A stretch of 27,709 nucleotides of DNA from Victivallales bacterium (GCA_030634125.1 DAOWBJ010000001.1:1-27709); one strand, 5' to 3'. Counted from the stretch's first letter, positions 8,011 to 16,204 are shown. The notes: generated by a model from the letters alone, not told the origin. Translations and numbers: made by a program.

Positions 8011-11000
8011 ATGTCAGGTGGCGCAGTATTAGGAGCATGGGATAATTCTTTAGGTCGAGACCATCGCGGATACAATTCCGCCGCCGCTACCGCTTACATA
8101 GCGCGAATAACAGGTGATTATCCCGATTACACACTGACCGACGGAGGAGAAAAAGGTGCGCGGTATTTTACACCACCGGCAAGTATTGGAGGTGCTGGGA
8201 AAGGTATTACGTTTACCGAAACCAAAGGATATGGTTATTGGGCGCCTTTGTTAATGCTAACCAATGTTTACATCAATAGAAACGCGGAAGAAAATGTCGA
8301 AGGCGGCTATGCAGGAATTAGACCAGAATTATTAGCTAATTTTGATTATAATACCGTTGACGGAACTTTGCAGCCGGTTATTGAAAAAGAAAAATGCGCG
8401 AATGACGGGAAGCCTACATTGTTGGGTCAAGTCTATTTACAAACACAAGCAACTGACGCATCAAACTATCAACGCCTGATTTATCCGATTGTTGAAATGA
8501 TCGCGGATCACACAGGCGAAGATTCAATTCATTCAACAGCAGTTTATGGCACTTACGATGGCGGATTGGACCGGCGCATAAACGCCGGGATGCATACTTT
8601 TTGGTGGGTAAAGCAACGCGAGAATTCCAAATGGAATATAGCTTGGAATCAACGAGAAAGCGATCAAGACGATACCGGATACGGGTTCGAATGCCATTTA
8701 GGAGACGCAGAAGGCACACCAACAATATTAAACGAGTCAACTGAAAATCCATCCGACATAATAGAAGGCACCGCGGCAGACGAAAGAGAAGATCATACTA
8801 CGCTGGCATATTGCAGTTGGTTAAAATACGGACATCATCATCCCGGACACAGCAAGAACGATAAACACAAATACGGCGAAAATTCTGACGGAGAATCAAT
8901 CAACGCGAATCATATCTGGATGAAATCGTTCTTTTACTATAATCAGCAATTAGACGCGCCACTGGATTATGAACCGGTTTACAATCCACGCCCGGGACCA
9001 TTGCCAAATCGAGTGCGCGTTCATTTCCAGACAGATCCAGACAGAAAACACGATTTCGAACTCGGAGCGCGACAAGACATTCATTATTGGTGGGCGGAAG
9101 CCGTTTTTGACCCGCCAACTTGGACTCCGCCTACAAGAATCAACGGCGTTCCGCCAGAGGAGCCAATTGATACGGGTTATGTTCCCGTCAGTGTAGACGA
9201 CACTAATGTTTATGAAACATCAAGGGGTGGAAAATATACAACCTCACATCAAAGGAATACAAAAAGAGTATTGAAGATAAAAGAAGCGAATTCACCTTTC
9301 CAAATTGGTTCGCCTGGCTTTGTAGCGCGCGCAGAAACCAAAACGCAGGATGGTCAAGAATATGGTGGTGAATGGGGTCCAACTGAAAATAAAGAAACAA
9401 GTTACGAAACTTGGGATCCAAAAGAATATGAATATGGCACACCAATCGGGCGAATACCAGAAAATTCAGGATACAACCATATTTACCCATTGGCACAAGA
9501 AGAAGTGAAAGAGCAAAAATATGTTTTATCTCCGATTATAGCGCACATGAATTTCATAGGTAAAATAGATGCACAAAAAGAATGGGGTTATAGCGAACAA
9601 ACCGAAAACTCTAATTTTGATGGTGGAACAGCTAACGGCGGCGTATGGATTACTCCGCCAGAATTTACTTACAAAGTTCCAGATTCCGGAACATATTCAG
9701 ATACTTTTTTCGGTTTTCATCACTCGATGAGTTTTGGCTGGGGCGCTGTTGATAATGACAATATAAATAATGACGGAGCGATATTTTCGCTTTCTGGATC
9801 ATCAGGAAGTTACGATCTTAATTTAGATTTTTACAACGCGACTCCAGCTTCTAGCGCGGGCGTATTTAATGTAAACGGTTACATATCCGCGACTGAAGTC
9901 GGTGGTGCTGGCGGTTTTTGGCTACCAGACGACACACAAATAGGATTTGGGAACACAGCAGCAACCCCAGACGCAAGCATTTACTGGCAATCGGCGAATA
10001 ATAGATTGCGCATGACCGCGGACAGAATTTATGTTGATGAAACTCAAACAAGCACCATAGCATCATATAACCTACAAGAAGCAATATTCAGAATAAATCC
10101 TGGTGCTAACACAGCACGTCAGTATTTTGCTGGGAAGGATACTTTATTTCTTCACAGTGTAAATAATTATACGTCTTTTTCTGGTGCAAGATATATAGCA
10201 GCACACAATTATAGTACTGGCACGGTTTCAAATTTATTTGGATTATTCAACCAGGCGTATAATGTTTCAAGTGGACAAGTGAATCTATTGGTAGCGGGTG
10301 ATTATGATGCAAGAAGTACACAATCAGGTACTGCAATCACCATGATCGCCGGTCAATTTAAGGCATACGCACAGCATTCCGCTGACGTTACAATCGGATA
10401 CGGTCTTAAAATCTTGGGCGGTAATTATGGCACAGGCAATTACACGCAATATAATGGAATACGATTAATGACACCTGTGAACGTCGGGGGCGGCGCACTT
10501 GGGACAGCCGTCCAGCTTTATATTGAGGATGGAACAGCAGCCGGTACTAATTACGCGATTTATGTTGCTGGAGGAGAATGCTTGTTTAACGCAAGTGGAA
10601 ATCAGGTTGATTTTGGGATTAATTCTGACACCGTAACAATTCTGAAAGTTGACGGAACCAATAATTTAATCGCTTTTGGTGATACAGGTGGCGCAAACTA
10701 CATGACCATCAATGACACAGGAAAATTGCAGCCTTTTGGAACCGCAAATTATTTGTCAACAACAGGGAATCCGGGAATCACCGAAAATGGGACAGATGTG
10801 CAGCAATATGATTTGACAGTAGAAAACGGATTAATCGTTGCTTTTACTGAAAAAGAAGCCGTTAGCGATGTCAGAGTTATTAATGCAAACCAAACAATGT
10901 TAATTACTGACCAAATTGTCGAATGCACAAACGCAATAACATATACATTATTGGCAGTTGCCGCTGCGGGAGTTGGGAAAGTTGTAACAATAAAAAACTT

Positions 11001-11130
11001 CGACTCTGTGAACTCGATGACAGTTACTGGTAATGGTGTTGAAACAATAGATGACGATTTAAGTCAAACCCTTGCTCCTTATGAGGCATTAAAGATATAT
11101 GCAAACAGCACAAAATGGGGGTCAATATAA
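8011..11130 (+). CDS. Tail tip / fibre / receptor-binding protein, 1039 aa
   Basis: SD AGGAG. Modular: acidic His-rich N-half, Pro-rich hinge, an N/G/Y/T/A-rich beta-helix-like region (to TNYAIYVAGG), and a C-terminal module (TYTLLAVAAAGVGKVVTIKN...ETIDD...ALKIYANSTKW) common at the ends of phage fibre proteins. Confidence 0.75.
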   Translation: MSGGAVLGAWDNSLGRDHRGYNSAAATAYIARITGDYPDYTLTDGGEKGARYFTPPASIGGAGKGITFTETKGYGYWAPLLMLTNVYINRNAEENVEGGYAGIRPELLANFDYNTVDGTLQPVIEKEKCANDGKPTLLGQVYLQTQATDASNYQRLIYPIVEMIADHTGEDSIHSTAVYGTYDGGLDRRINAGMHTFWWVKQRENSKWNIAWNQRESDQDDTGYGFECHLGDAEGTPTILNESTENPSDIIEGTAADEREDHTTLAYCSWLKYGHHHPGHSKNDKHKYGENSDGESINANHIWMKSFFYYNQQLDAPLDYEPVYNPRPGPLPNRVRVHFQTDPDRKHDFELGARQDIHYWWAEAVFDPPTWTPPTRINGVPPEEPIDTGYVPVSVDDTNVYETSRGGKYTTSHQRNTKRVLKIKEANSPFQIGSPGFVARAETKTQDGQEYGGEWGPTENKETSYETWDPKEYEYGTPIGRIPENSGYNHIYPLAQEEVKEQKYVLSPIIAHMNFIGKIDAQKEWGYSEQTENSNFDGGTANGGVWITPPEFTYKVPDSGTYSDTFFGFHHSMSFGWGAVDNDNINNDGAIFSLSGSSGSYDLNLDFYNATPASSAGVFNVNGYISATEVGGAGGFWLPDDTQIGFGNTAATPDASIYWQSANNRLRMTADRIYVDETQTSTIASYNLQEAIFRINPGANTARQYFAGKDTLFLHSVNNYTSFSGARYIAAHNYSTGTVSNLFGLFNQAYNVSSGQVNLLVAGDYDARSTQSGTAITMIAGQFKAYAQHSADVTIGYGLKILGGNYGTGNYTQYNGIRLMTPVNVGGGALGTAVQLYIEDGTAAGTNYAIYVAGGECLFNASGNQVDFGINSDTVTILKVDGTNNLIAFGDTGGANYMTINDTGKLQPFGTANYLSTTGNPGITENGTDVQQYDLTVENGLIVAFTEKEAVSDVRVINANQTMLITDQIVECTNAITYTLLAVAAAGVGKVVTIKNFDSVNSMTVTGNGVETIDDDLSQTLAPYEALKIYANSTKWGSI

Positions 11131-11906
11131 TGAGTCAATTTAATGTTATGCGCGGTGAATATGAATCAGATTTGTTCGATTATATAAAAATTGACAAAAC
11201 AACAAACACTTTACAAACAATTGAATATCCTCACCATGAGATTCATTCAGGAAATCATTATTATCTTGAAGGATATATAACTTTAGGAGTAGGTGGGAAT
11301 TTGTTCGTAAAACTTGTAACACCAAATACTGCAAAATGGGGACATTTTGTTTGGGAATTGCATTCAAGCGGTATTTTAACGACAACACTTGAGGAAGATG
11401 CAACAGGCGGCATGGCTGGAGGGTTAAGACCAACAATTCACGCAAACAACAGGAATATAGATTGCTGGACTGGATTTCACACTGGCGGCGCACACGCAAC
11501 AATTTTAACAGATGCAACAAAGGCGTGGACGATTGATGCGCTTATTGGGTATCAAGTGTTTAATACAAAAGATGGATCATCGGGAATAATTGTCTCGAAT
11601 ACACCGACAACTGCAACTGTAATCGCGTTAGTTGGTGGCACAGCAAATCAATGGGCGTTAAATGATAATTATGAAATAAACAAATCAGGCTTTGTGATTA
11701 CATCTGGAGTAACTGTGAATACTGGACATACTCAAATATTAAGCAACACAAGTTTTGGTACGAAGTCAGCAGGCGGAATATCATCAAGGATTGAAGAAAT
11801 AATTCTAAAACAAAATACTGTATATTTAAGAAGCTTTGCATCAGGCACAGCAGCTAATATAGTCGGTTTTAAAGCAAGTTGGTACGAACATACAGACAAA
11901 CATTGA
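11130..11906 (+). CDS. Beta-rich structural protein, 258 aa
   Basis: More likely starts at ATG 11130, overlapping the upstream stop (TAATG), than at 11115. Carries TNTLQTIEYPHHEIHSGNHY and a Thr/Gly-rich internal module. Confidence 0.7.
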   Translation: MSQFNVMRGEYESDLFDYIKIDKTTNTLQTIEYPHHEIHSGNHYYLEGYITLGVGGNLFVKLVTPNTAKWGHFVWELHSSGILTTTLEEDATGGMAGGLRPTIHANNRNIDCWTGFHTGGAHATILTDATKAWTIDALIGYQVFNTKDGSSGIIVSNTPTTATVIALVGGTANQWALNDNYEINKSGFVITSGVTVNTGHTQILSNTSFGTKSAGGISSRIEEIILKQNTVYLRSFASGTAANIVGFKASWYEHTDKH

Positions 11907-11926
11907 TATAAGGATGAGGAGAAAAC

Positions 11927-12325
11927 ATGAGCGACGAACAAAAAGGACTGACATCTGAAGAAACCCAAAGATTAAGCTCAGGGAATCTTCAAGAGCGAGC
12001 AATCGGACATTTGCTGAATAATTCCGAACGCACAGCACAGGAAATATCTGAAATAAAAACAGATATTTCAGAGATCAAGCAATCGAATATAAAATCTATA
12101 AATAAAAGCGATAATTTAGAGATTCGCACTCACAGAATAGAAAAGAACGTTATGGAAATGAAAGCGAATTATGAAAATAGCGCGGTAAAAAAACTTGCTG
12201 AGTTCATCGAGAATGGAAAGAGGTTTATTTTGACCGGGAAAAAATTGTGGCTTTTTGCTGGTGCGCTCATCGCTCTTATCTCAGGTATTACAATTGCAGT
12301 ATTATATATCAAAGACATTCTTTAA
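11927..12325 (+). CDS. Coiled-coil protein with C-terminal TM helix, 132 aa (XhlA-like holin architecture)
   Basis: SD GAGGAG. Heptad-like stretch (ISEIKTDISEIKQSNI...LEIRTHRIEKNV) then a hydrophobic helix LWLFAGALIALISGITIAVLYI; sits where lysis genes usually do. Confidence 0.6.
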   Translation: MSDEQKGLTSEETQRLSSGNLQERAIGHLLNNSERTAQEISEIKTDISEIKQSNIKSINKSDNLEIRTHRIEKNVMEMKANYENSAVKKLAEFIENGKRFILTGKKLWLFAGALIALISGITIAVLYIKDIL

Positions 12326-12336
12326 CAGGAGGATTT

Positions 12337-12888
12337 ATGTCAACAAAATGGTATCATTGGTTAATTAGCGTTGTGGTTTGTATCAGCGGAATCATGGCTG
12401 TGTCAGTAGATATTCCGCCAGAAATGCAAACAATTCTTGTCGCAATTTCCGCGTTTATACTCGGGATAATGAAAACTAAACTTCCGACATTGCCGCCGGT
12501 CGTTGTCGATATCCTGACCGTCGGGATTACAACACTGATCCGGTATTTCAAGAAGAAGAACCGCCCACCGCAGTATTGTCTATTATTTCTATTATTCGTT
12601 CCTTTATTATTATTCGGATGCTCTGTAAATCTGTATGCTGAAAAAATGTCGAAAATCGCTGTTCAGGACTGCCAATCATTATTTTTAGATAGATTACCTG
12701 GCATGGTCCCGAAACCGTTTACACAAAATGAAATAGAACTATATTTAACAGGATTCATGCGCGCGAATAAAGTCAGTCAGGCAGATTCGCTTGAAATCAT
12801 CAAACAATTACGTGAAAACGGATACAAAGTAAACAAAAATATTCAAAATATATTAATGAATTATGGGATAGAATTATTACCGGAATAG
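12337..12888 (+). CDS. Multi-TM membrane protein with internal lipobox-like signal, 183 aa (holin/spanin-like candidate)
   Basis: The real start is probably ATG 12337 after AGGAGG, not 12247. Two N-terminal TM helices, then KKKNRPPQYCLLFLLFVPLLLFGC (Cys95). Confidence 0.65.
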   Translation: MSTKWYHWLISVVVCISGIMAVSVDIPPEMQTILVAISAFILGIMKTKLPTLPPVVVDILTVGITTLIRYFKKKNRPPQYCLLFLLFVPLLLFGCSVNLYAEKMSKIAVQDCQSLFLDRLPGMVPKPFTQNEIELYLTGFMRANKVSQADSLEIIKQLRENGYKVNKNIQNILMNYGIELLPE

Positions 12889-12896
12889 GAGAAAAA

Positions 12897-13112
12897 ATGG
12901 ACTCAAAATTTAATTTAGATGACATAATAACAGCCGCGAAAGACTCGCAGCTGTGTAGCCCGGAATGGCTTGATTTTTTATTGGAGAAAGCCGAAAACTG
13001 TAAAACGAACCGGGAATTTCTATTACTCGAAGTACATTTCGAATCAGAACTCAAGGAAATCGGAAATAAAATGTTCTGGAATTTCCTCAAAGTCCTGCTA
13101 AAACTACTATGA
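12897..13112 (+). CDS. Hypothetical protein, 71 aa
   Basis: SD AGGAG; last gene of the + block. Confidence 0.75.
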   Translation: MDSKFNLDDIITAAKDSQLCSPEWLDFLLEKAENCKTNREFLLLEVHFESELKEIGNKMFWNFLKVLLKLL

Positions 13113-13337
13113 TTCGCGAAAACTGATTAAAAATTCTCCAGTGTCTCTAAAACGTTTTAATTCGATATCTCGTTTATACTCGAATTTTACCATTTCATCA
13201 ATTTGAAGTTTATTTAATCCTGAATGTATCGTTTCAGCAATAATATTCCATGCTAACATAACTTCGGGGTTTCCCTGTTTTTCTGCGAACTGAGCTTGAT
13301 ATTCAGCATATCTTTTCAACATATTTATATCAATCAT
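13107..13337 (-). CDS. Hypothetical protein, 76 aa
   Basis: SD GGAG; last gene of the leftward block. Confidence 0.75.
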   Translation of the reverse strand: MIDINMLKRYAEYQAQFAEKQGNPEVMLAWNIIAETIHSGLNKLQIDEMVKFEYKRDIELKRFRDTGEFLISFRES

Positions 13338-13368
13338 TACTAATTCTCCAATAAATCAACATTTTTCC

Positions 13369-13405
13369 TATTTGTTGCTGTATTTCAATAATTCTGAACC
13401 TAAAA
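13369..13405. repeat. 37-bp direct repeat, copy 1
   Basis: tatttgttgctgtatttcaataattctgaacctaaaa; 36/37 identical to 13789-13825. Confidence 0.95.
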
Positions 13406-13576
13406 TCTCGGTTTTACATAAAATCCAACTGTTTTAAGCGGTTTCCCAATTTGTGGAAATTCTTCAAATATTGGGAACACATCCATTGGCGGTGGAACTA
13501 ATCCTTTTATGATGTATTCATTTTCTCTGCGCTTTTTTTCTGCTTTAGCGGCTTCAATCATCTTTTCACTCATCAT
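13400..13576 (-). CDS. Hypothetical protein, 58 aa (not in ORF track)
   Basis: Hand translation MMSEKMIEAAKAEKKRRENEYIIKGLVPPPMDVFPIFEEFPQIGKPLKTVGFYVKPRF*; SD GAGGA; overlaps the end of the upstream gene. Confidence 0.7.
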   Translation of the reverse strand: MMSEKMIEAAKAEKKRRENEYIIKGLVPPPMDVFPIFEEFPQIGKPLKTVGFYVKPRF

Positions 13577-13778
13577 TCCTCACTTTCTGTGTTATTTTCT
13601 GCATATCATTTATAATGTCTAATTCAGCCCTTTTGAATATTGCCATTTGTTCATATTTCTTATTGTGTTTATCAAAATGATATTTCCACGCATCAGTGTT
13701 TTCTTTCATATACTTGCTTCGTGTTTCGCTAAGTTCTTTAAGTTGATTCGATAATTCTTGTAGTGCGTTTTTAGACAT
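13566..13778 (-). CDS. Hypothetical coiled-coil protein, 70 aa
   Basis: SD AAGGAGG. Confidence 0.8.
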   Translation of the reverse strand: MSKNALQELSNQLKELSETRSKYMKENTDAWKYHFDKHNKKYEQMAIFKRAELDIINDMQKITQKVRNDE

Positions 13779-13787
13779 GGTTCCTCC

Positions 13788-13958
13788 TTATTTATTGCTG
13801 TATTTCAATAATTCTGAACCTAAAACGCGTACTTTGTGTAAACCGCGAATCCTTTTCAGTTGACCGCTGGATATTCTCACCCGCACGGACGTTTCACTTA
13901 TTTTAAGTATCTTCGCACACCCTTCTAACGTGTAAACCTTGTTCTCGATTATTTCCAT
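13788..13958 (-). CDS. Excisionase-family (HTH_17/MerR-like) DNA-binding protein, 56 aa (not in ORF track)
   Basis: Hand translation MEIIENKVYTLEGCAKILKISETSVRVRISSGQLKRIRGLHKVRVLGSELLKYSNK*, fitting the YT.eE.A.iL.vS..Tv...I..G.L...R.....Ri...dL..y pattern; SD GGGGTG. Confidence 0.8.
   Translation of the reverse strand: MEIIENKVYTLEGCAKILKISETSVRVRISSGQLKRIRGLHKVRVLGSELLKYSNK
13789..13825. repeat. 37-bp direct repeat, copy 2 (3' end of the xis-like gene)
   Basis: tatttattgctgtatttcaataattctgaacctaaaa, exactly 420 bp from copy 1. Confidence 0.95.
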
Positions 13959-14015
13959 ATATCACCCCACACTTTAGTATTAAAACACGGTTAAAACTCG
14001 CACCTGCGCAAAGTC

Positions 14016-14348
14016 TCAGCGTCGGTATTCGCGCGGATATTTCATTCTCAACGTATCAACGTTCGCGAATAAAATCGTAAGGATTTTTTCATAATTTTCC
14101 ATAAGAGATTCTAAGAAGGTATCCTGGTTGATAAAAATATCAGGCAGAAATTCGTTCCCTTCGAGTTCTTCCGTAGAAATACCGGAAAGGGCTTGGAAAA
14201 TATCAGTTTTTATACTCGACATTCTCGTATCAAGAGAAACATCGGCGTCAATCATCGCTTGATGCGCATCCGCAAGCAATATTTTGTCTTTTTCAAAGAA
14301 TCTACCATCAGATGTTTGAAAACCGTCTACTCTTTTAATTTCAGTCAT
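14016..14348 (-). CDS. Hypothetical protein, 110 aa
   Basis: SD GAGGAG; N-terminal GFQTSDGRFFE motif of a type common in small phage proteins. Confidence 0.8.
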   Translation of the reverse strand: MTEIKRVDGFQTSDGRFFEKDKILLADAHQAMIDADVSLDTRMSSIKTDIFQALSGISTEELEGNEFLPDIFINQDTFLESLMENYEKILTILFANVDTLRMKYPREYRR

Positions 14349-14360
14349 TGTTTAATCTCC

Positions 14361-14630
14361 TCAATGTTTTGTTTTTTTGTTTAGTTCTTCCCATTTTCTT
14401 AAGCAATCACGGCGACGTTTTGATGCATCGTCATATTCCTTAGTGAGTGTTTTATTCCCAGCATTGAGATTTTCACAAATCAAAGCCGCATCGAGATATT
14501 CGGACCATGCGGTAGATCTTTCGCGGTCGATTTTGTCCTGGATCCTTCTTTTACGTGTAGAGTTCCGCAACACCGCATAAATCGCCAGCGCCAAGAAAAA
14601 AAACATTATCAATATATCAGCTTCACTCAT
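14361..14630 (-). CDS. Membrane-anchored hypothetical protein, 89 aa
   Basis: N-terminal hydrophobic helix ILIMFFFLALAIYAVL followed by a basic RKRR patch; SD GAGGA. Confidence 0.75.
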   Translation of the reverse strand: MSEADILIMFFFLALAIYAVLRNSTRKRRIQDKIDRERSTAWSEYLDAALICENLNAGNKTLTKEYDDASKRRRDCLRKWEELNKKTKH

Positions 14631-14658
14631 AAATCCTCGCTTTCTTCATCGTTTTTTA

Positions 14659-14919
14659 TTATGTGCCAACATTTTCGATGTTTTTTAGTATTTTCTCTAG
14701 TTCTTCAGCTTTTGCTTTGACTGCCCGCATAAATGCGTTTACATCTTCCTCATAGCTTGTGTCTGGATCATAATATTCTATATCAAATAATCTGTTAAGT
14801 TTCTTTGCTATTTCTTCGCAGAAAATCATGTCGTATATTAATGACCACTCTGCCCCGCTGTCCCAGATTGCTTTTGCTTCGTTGTAGATGCTAAGAAATT
14901 TATTAATTTTATTCTTCAT
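14659..14919 (-). CDS. Conserved phage hypothetical protein, 86 aa
   Basis: Contains YYDPDTSYEEDVNAF, a motif I recognise from small phage ORFs of unknown function. Confidence 0.8.
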   Translation of the reverse strand: MKNKINKFLSIYNEAKAIWDSGAEWSLIYDMIFCEEIAKKLNRLFDIEYYDPDTSYEEDVNAFMRAVKAKAEELEKILKNIENVGT

Positions 14920-14927
14920 CGTTCCCG

Positions 14928-14951
14928 CCTTTCCGCCCGCAGGCTGTTAAT
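14928..14951 (-). promoter_or_regulatory. Intergenic UNCG-hairpin + SD cassette, copy 1
   Basis: Minus strand ATTAACAGCC-TGCG-GGC-GGAAAGG; near-identical to 15199-15221. Confidence 0.55.
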
Positions 14952-14955
14952 ATTA

Positions 14956-15189
14956 TTAAAACGCCCTTGAACAAACAGATTTAATACATTTTTTGCATTT
15001 TTCGGATGAATATAGCGAACTTACTGGATGATTTACAATGCGCATTGTTAGGAATTGTTTATATTTTCGGCAAAACCCGAGATTTTCACTTATTGCGGAT
15101 TCCCTTAAATTGGGACATCTTTTTTTTCTTGTTCGACAAAACGTAGAATCATTATTCATAATTTCTTCTGTTTTTCTCTTAGGTAACAT
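14956..15189 (-). CDS. Cys-rich hypothetical protein, 77 aa
   Basis: C-x6-C, FC..Y and C-x2-C-x3-C motifs suggest metal binding; SD AAAGGGG. Confidence 0.7.
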   Translation of the reverse strand: MLPKRKTEEIMNNDSTFCRTRKKRCPNLRESAISENLGFCRKYKQFLTMRIVNHPVSSLYSSEKCKKCIKSVCSRAF

Positions 15190-15198
15190 AAATTTTCC

Positions 15199-15221
15199 CC
15201 TTTCGCCCGAAGGCTGTTAAT
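15199..15221 (-). promoter_or_regulatory. Intergenic UNCG-hairpin + SD cassette, copy 2
   Basis: Minus strand ATTAACAGCC-TTCG-GGC-GAAAGG, beginning at the upstream gene's TAA. Confidence 0.55.
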
Positions 15222-15459
15222 CATCATAAATTCCGTAGGTAAAATCATTGGAAGCGAGAATATTCACCGTGATTAAATATCCGATGCACCAAATATTGAA
15301 AAAGATCCGATTGTAATATCCCTTGCTCAAACATTCGTCAACAACCAGCTGGATATCGGTATCAGGCGCGAAAGAGTGAACATTCCCGAACTGGTCCGTA
15401 AAAGAATACCTGACAATAGAATAATCCTTCAAAACCGCCTTAATTACGTCTAATCGCAC
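15217..15459 (-). CDS. Hypothetical protein, 80 aa
   Basis: GTG start after AGGAGG. Confidence 0.7.
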   Translation of the reverse strand: MRLDVIKAVLKDYSIVRYSFTDQFGNVHSFAPDTDIQLVVDECLSKGYYNRIFFNIWCIGYLITVNILASNDFTYGIYDD

Positions 15460-15620
15460 GGATCACCCTCCTGTACGTATTTTATCCTCGTAGCGAAGTA
15501 AATCACGCACACGAACATTATGAGAGAAATTATCCCTGTGTCGCAGATACCGCCGATGCACAAAACCAGAAATATAAGTGAAACCCAGACATAATTCTTC
15601 GATGCTTGCAAAACCGACAT
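15450..15620 (-). CDS. Small two-TM membrane protein, 56 aa
   Basis: Probable start is ATG 15620 after TTGGAGG; the track start at 15632 lies inside the SD. Two hydrophobic helices. Confidence 0.75.
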   Translation of the reverse strand: MSVLQASKNYVWVSLIFLVLCIGGICDTGIISLIMFVCVIYFATRIKYVQEGDPCD

Positions 15621-15650
15621 AATTTCCTCCAAAAATTATATTATTATCAA

Positions 15651-15950
15651 TTAATCAGCTTGAATCTTTCCATGTTTAATTATTGAACTAACCATCCAAT
15701 CATAACCACAAAAACCTTTTAACTTCTTTTGGGTTCCTTTGACATCCTTTTTAGATATTTCCTCAACAGAAACACTTGCACACCATCCATCACCAAAATT
15801 GTAGTAATACGATCCGTTGTCTAAAATTGTTTTTGCTTTGTCTTCATCGGATGCACGAATAATACCATAAAAAGAACCTTCACCAGACCATTTACCGTTC
15901 CAAGAGTTATTATTCGGCATTGAAAGAGTAAATAAAATATGAACCATCAT
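15651..15950 (-). CDS. Conserved aromatic-rich phage protein, 99 aa
   Basis: Probable start is ATG 15950 after TTGGAGG. Motifs LSMPNNNSWNGKWSGEG, YYYNFGDGWCASV and KGFCGYDWMVSSII match a family I recognise from phage genomes; function unknown. Confidence 0.8.
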   Translation of the reverse strand: MMVHILFTLSMPNNNSWNGKWSGEGSFYGIIRASDEDKAKTILDNGSYYYNFGDGWCASVSVEEISKKDVKGTQKKLKGFCGYDWMVSSIIKHGKIQAD

Positions 15951-15983
15951 TTCCTCCAAAAAGTGTTAAAATTGCAAAAGTCA

Positions 15984-16202
15984 TTAATTTGAGTGTTGAT
16001 TAATAGAATCCTCATACATTTGCTTCCCTAATTGCACAACCAGGAAGTCAAGACAGAAAAGAACCTCTTTTTTAGTCAGTGGAACCAGGTTGATAATATC
16101 GGAAAGTTCTTTTTTGTCTAAAACACACGCACGCACGATCTGACGCACATTAAACGGCAGCGTTTTAGTCTCTTCGATAAATTTCCGTTGTATTTCATCC
16201 AT
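15984..16202 (-). CDS. Hypothetical protein, 72 aa (weak HTH-like C-half)
   Basis: SD AAGGAG; helical pattern only. Confidence 0.7.
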   Translation of the reverse strand: MDEIQRKFIEETKTLPFNVRQIVRACVLDKKELSDIINLVPLTKKEVLFCLDFLVVQLGKQMYEDSINQHSN

Positions 16203-16204
16203 AA

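Noticed and set aside
131-12551. Antisense or alternative-frame track ORFs inside the structural block (e.g. 131-634, 601-975, 619-903, 3444-3908, 5068-5355, 8414-8752, 11146-11520)
   Set aside because: They are shadows of long + strand genes with good SDs, lack SDs of their own and have unnatural composition.
13369-13825. 37-bp repeats as CRISPR repeats or as prophage attL/attR
   Set aside because: The 383-bp interval is coding and far too long for a spacer; there is no integrase, and phage genes continue on both sides.
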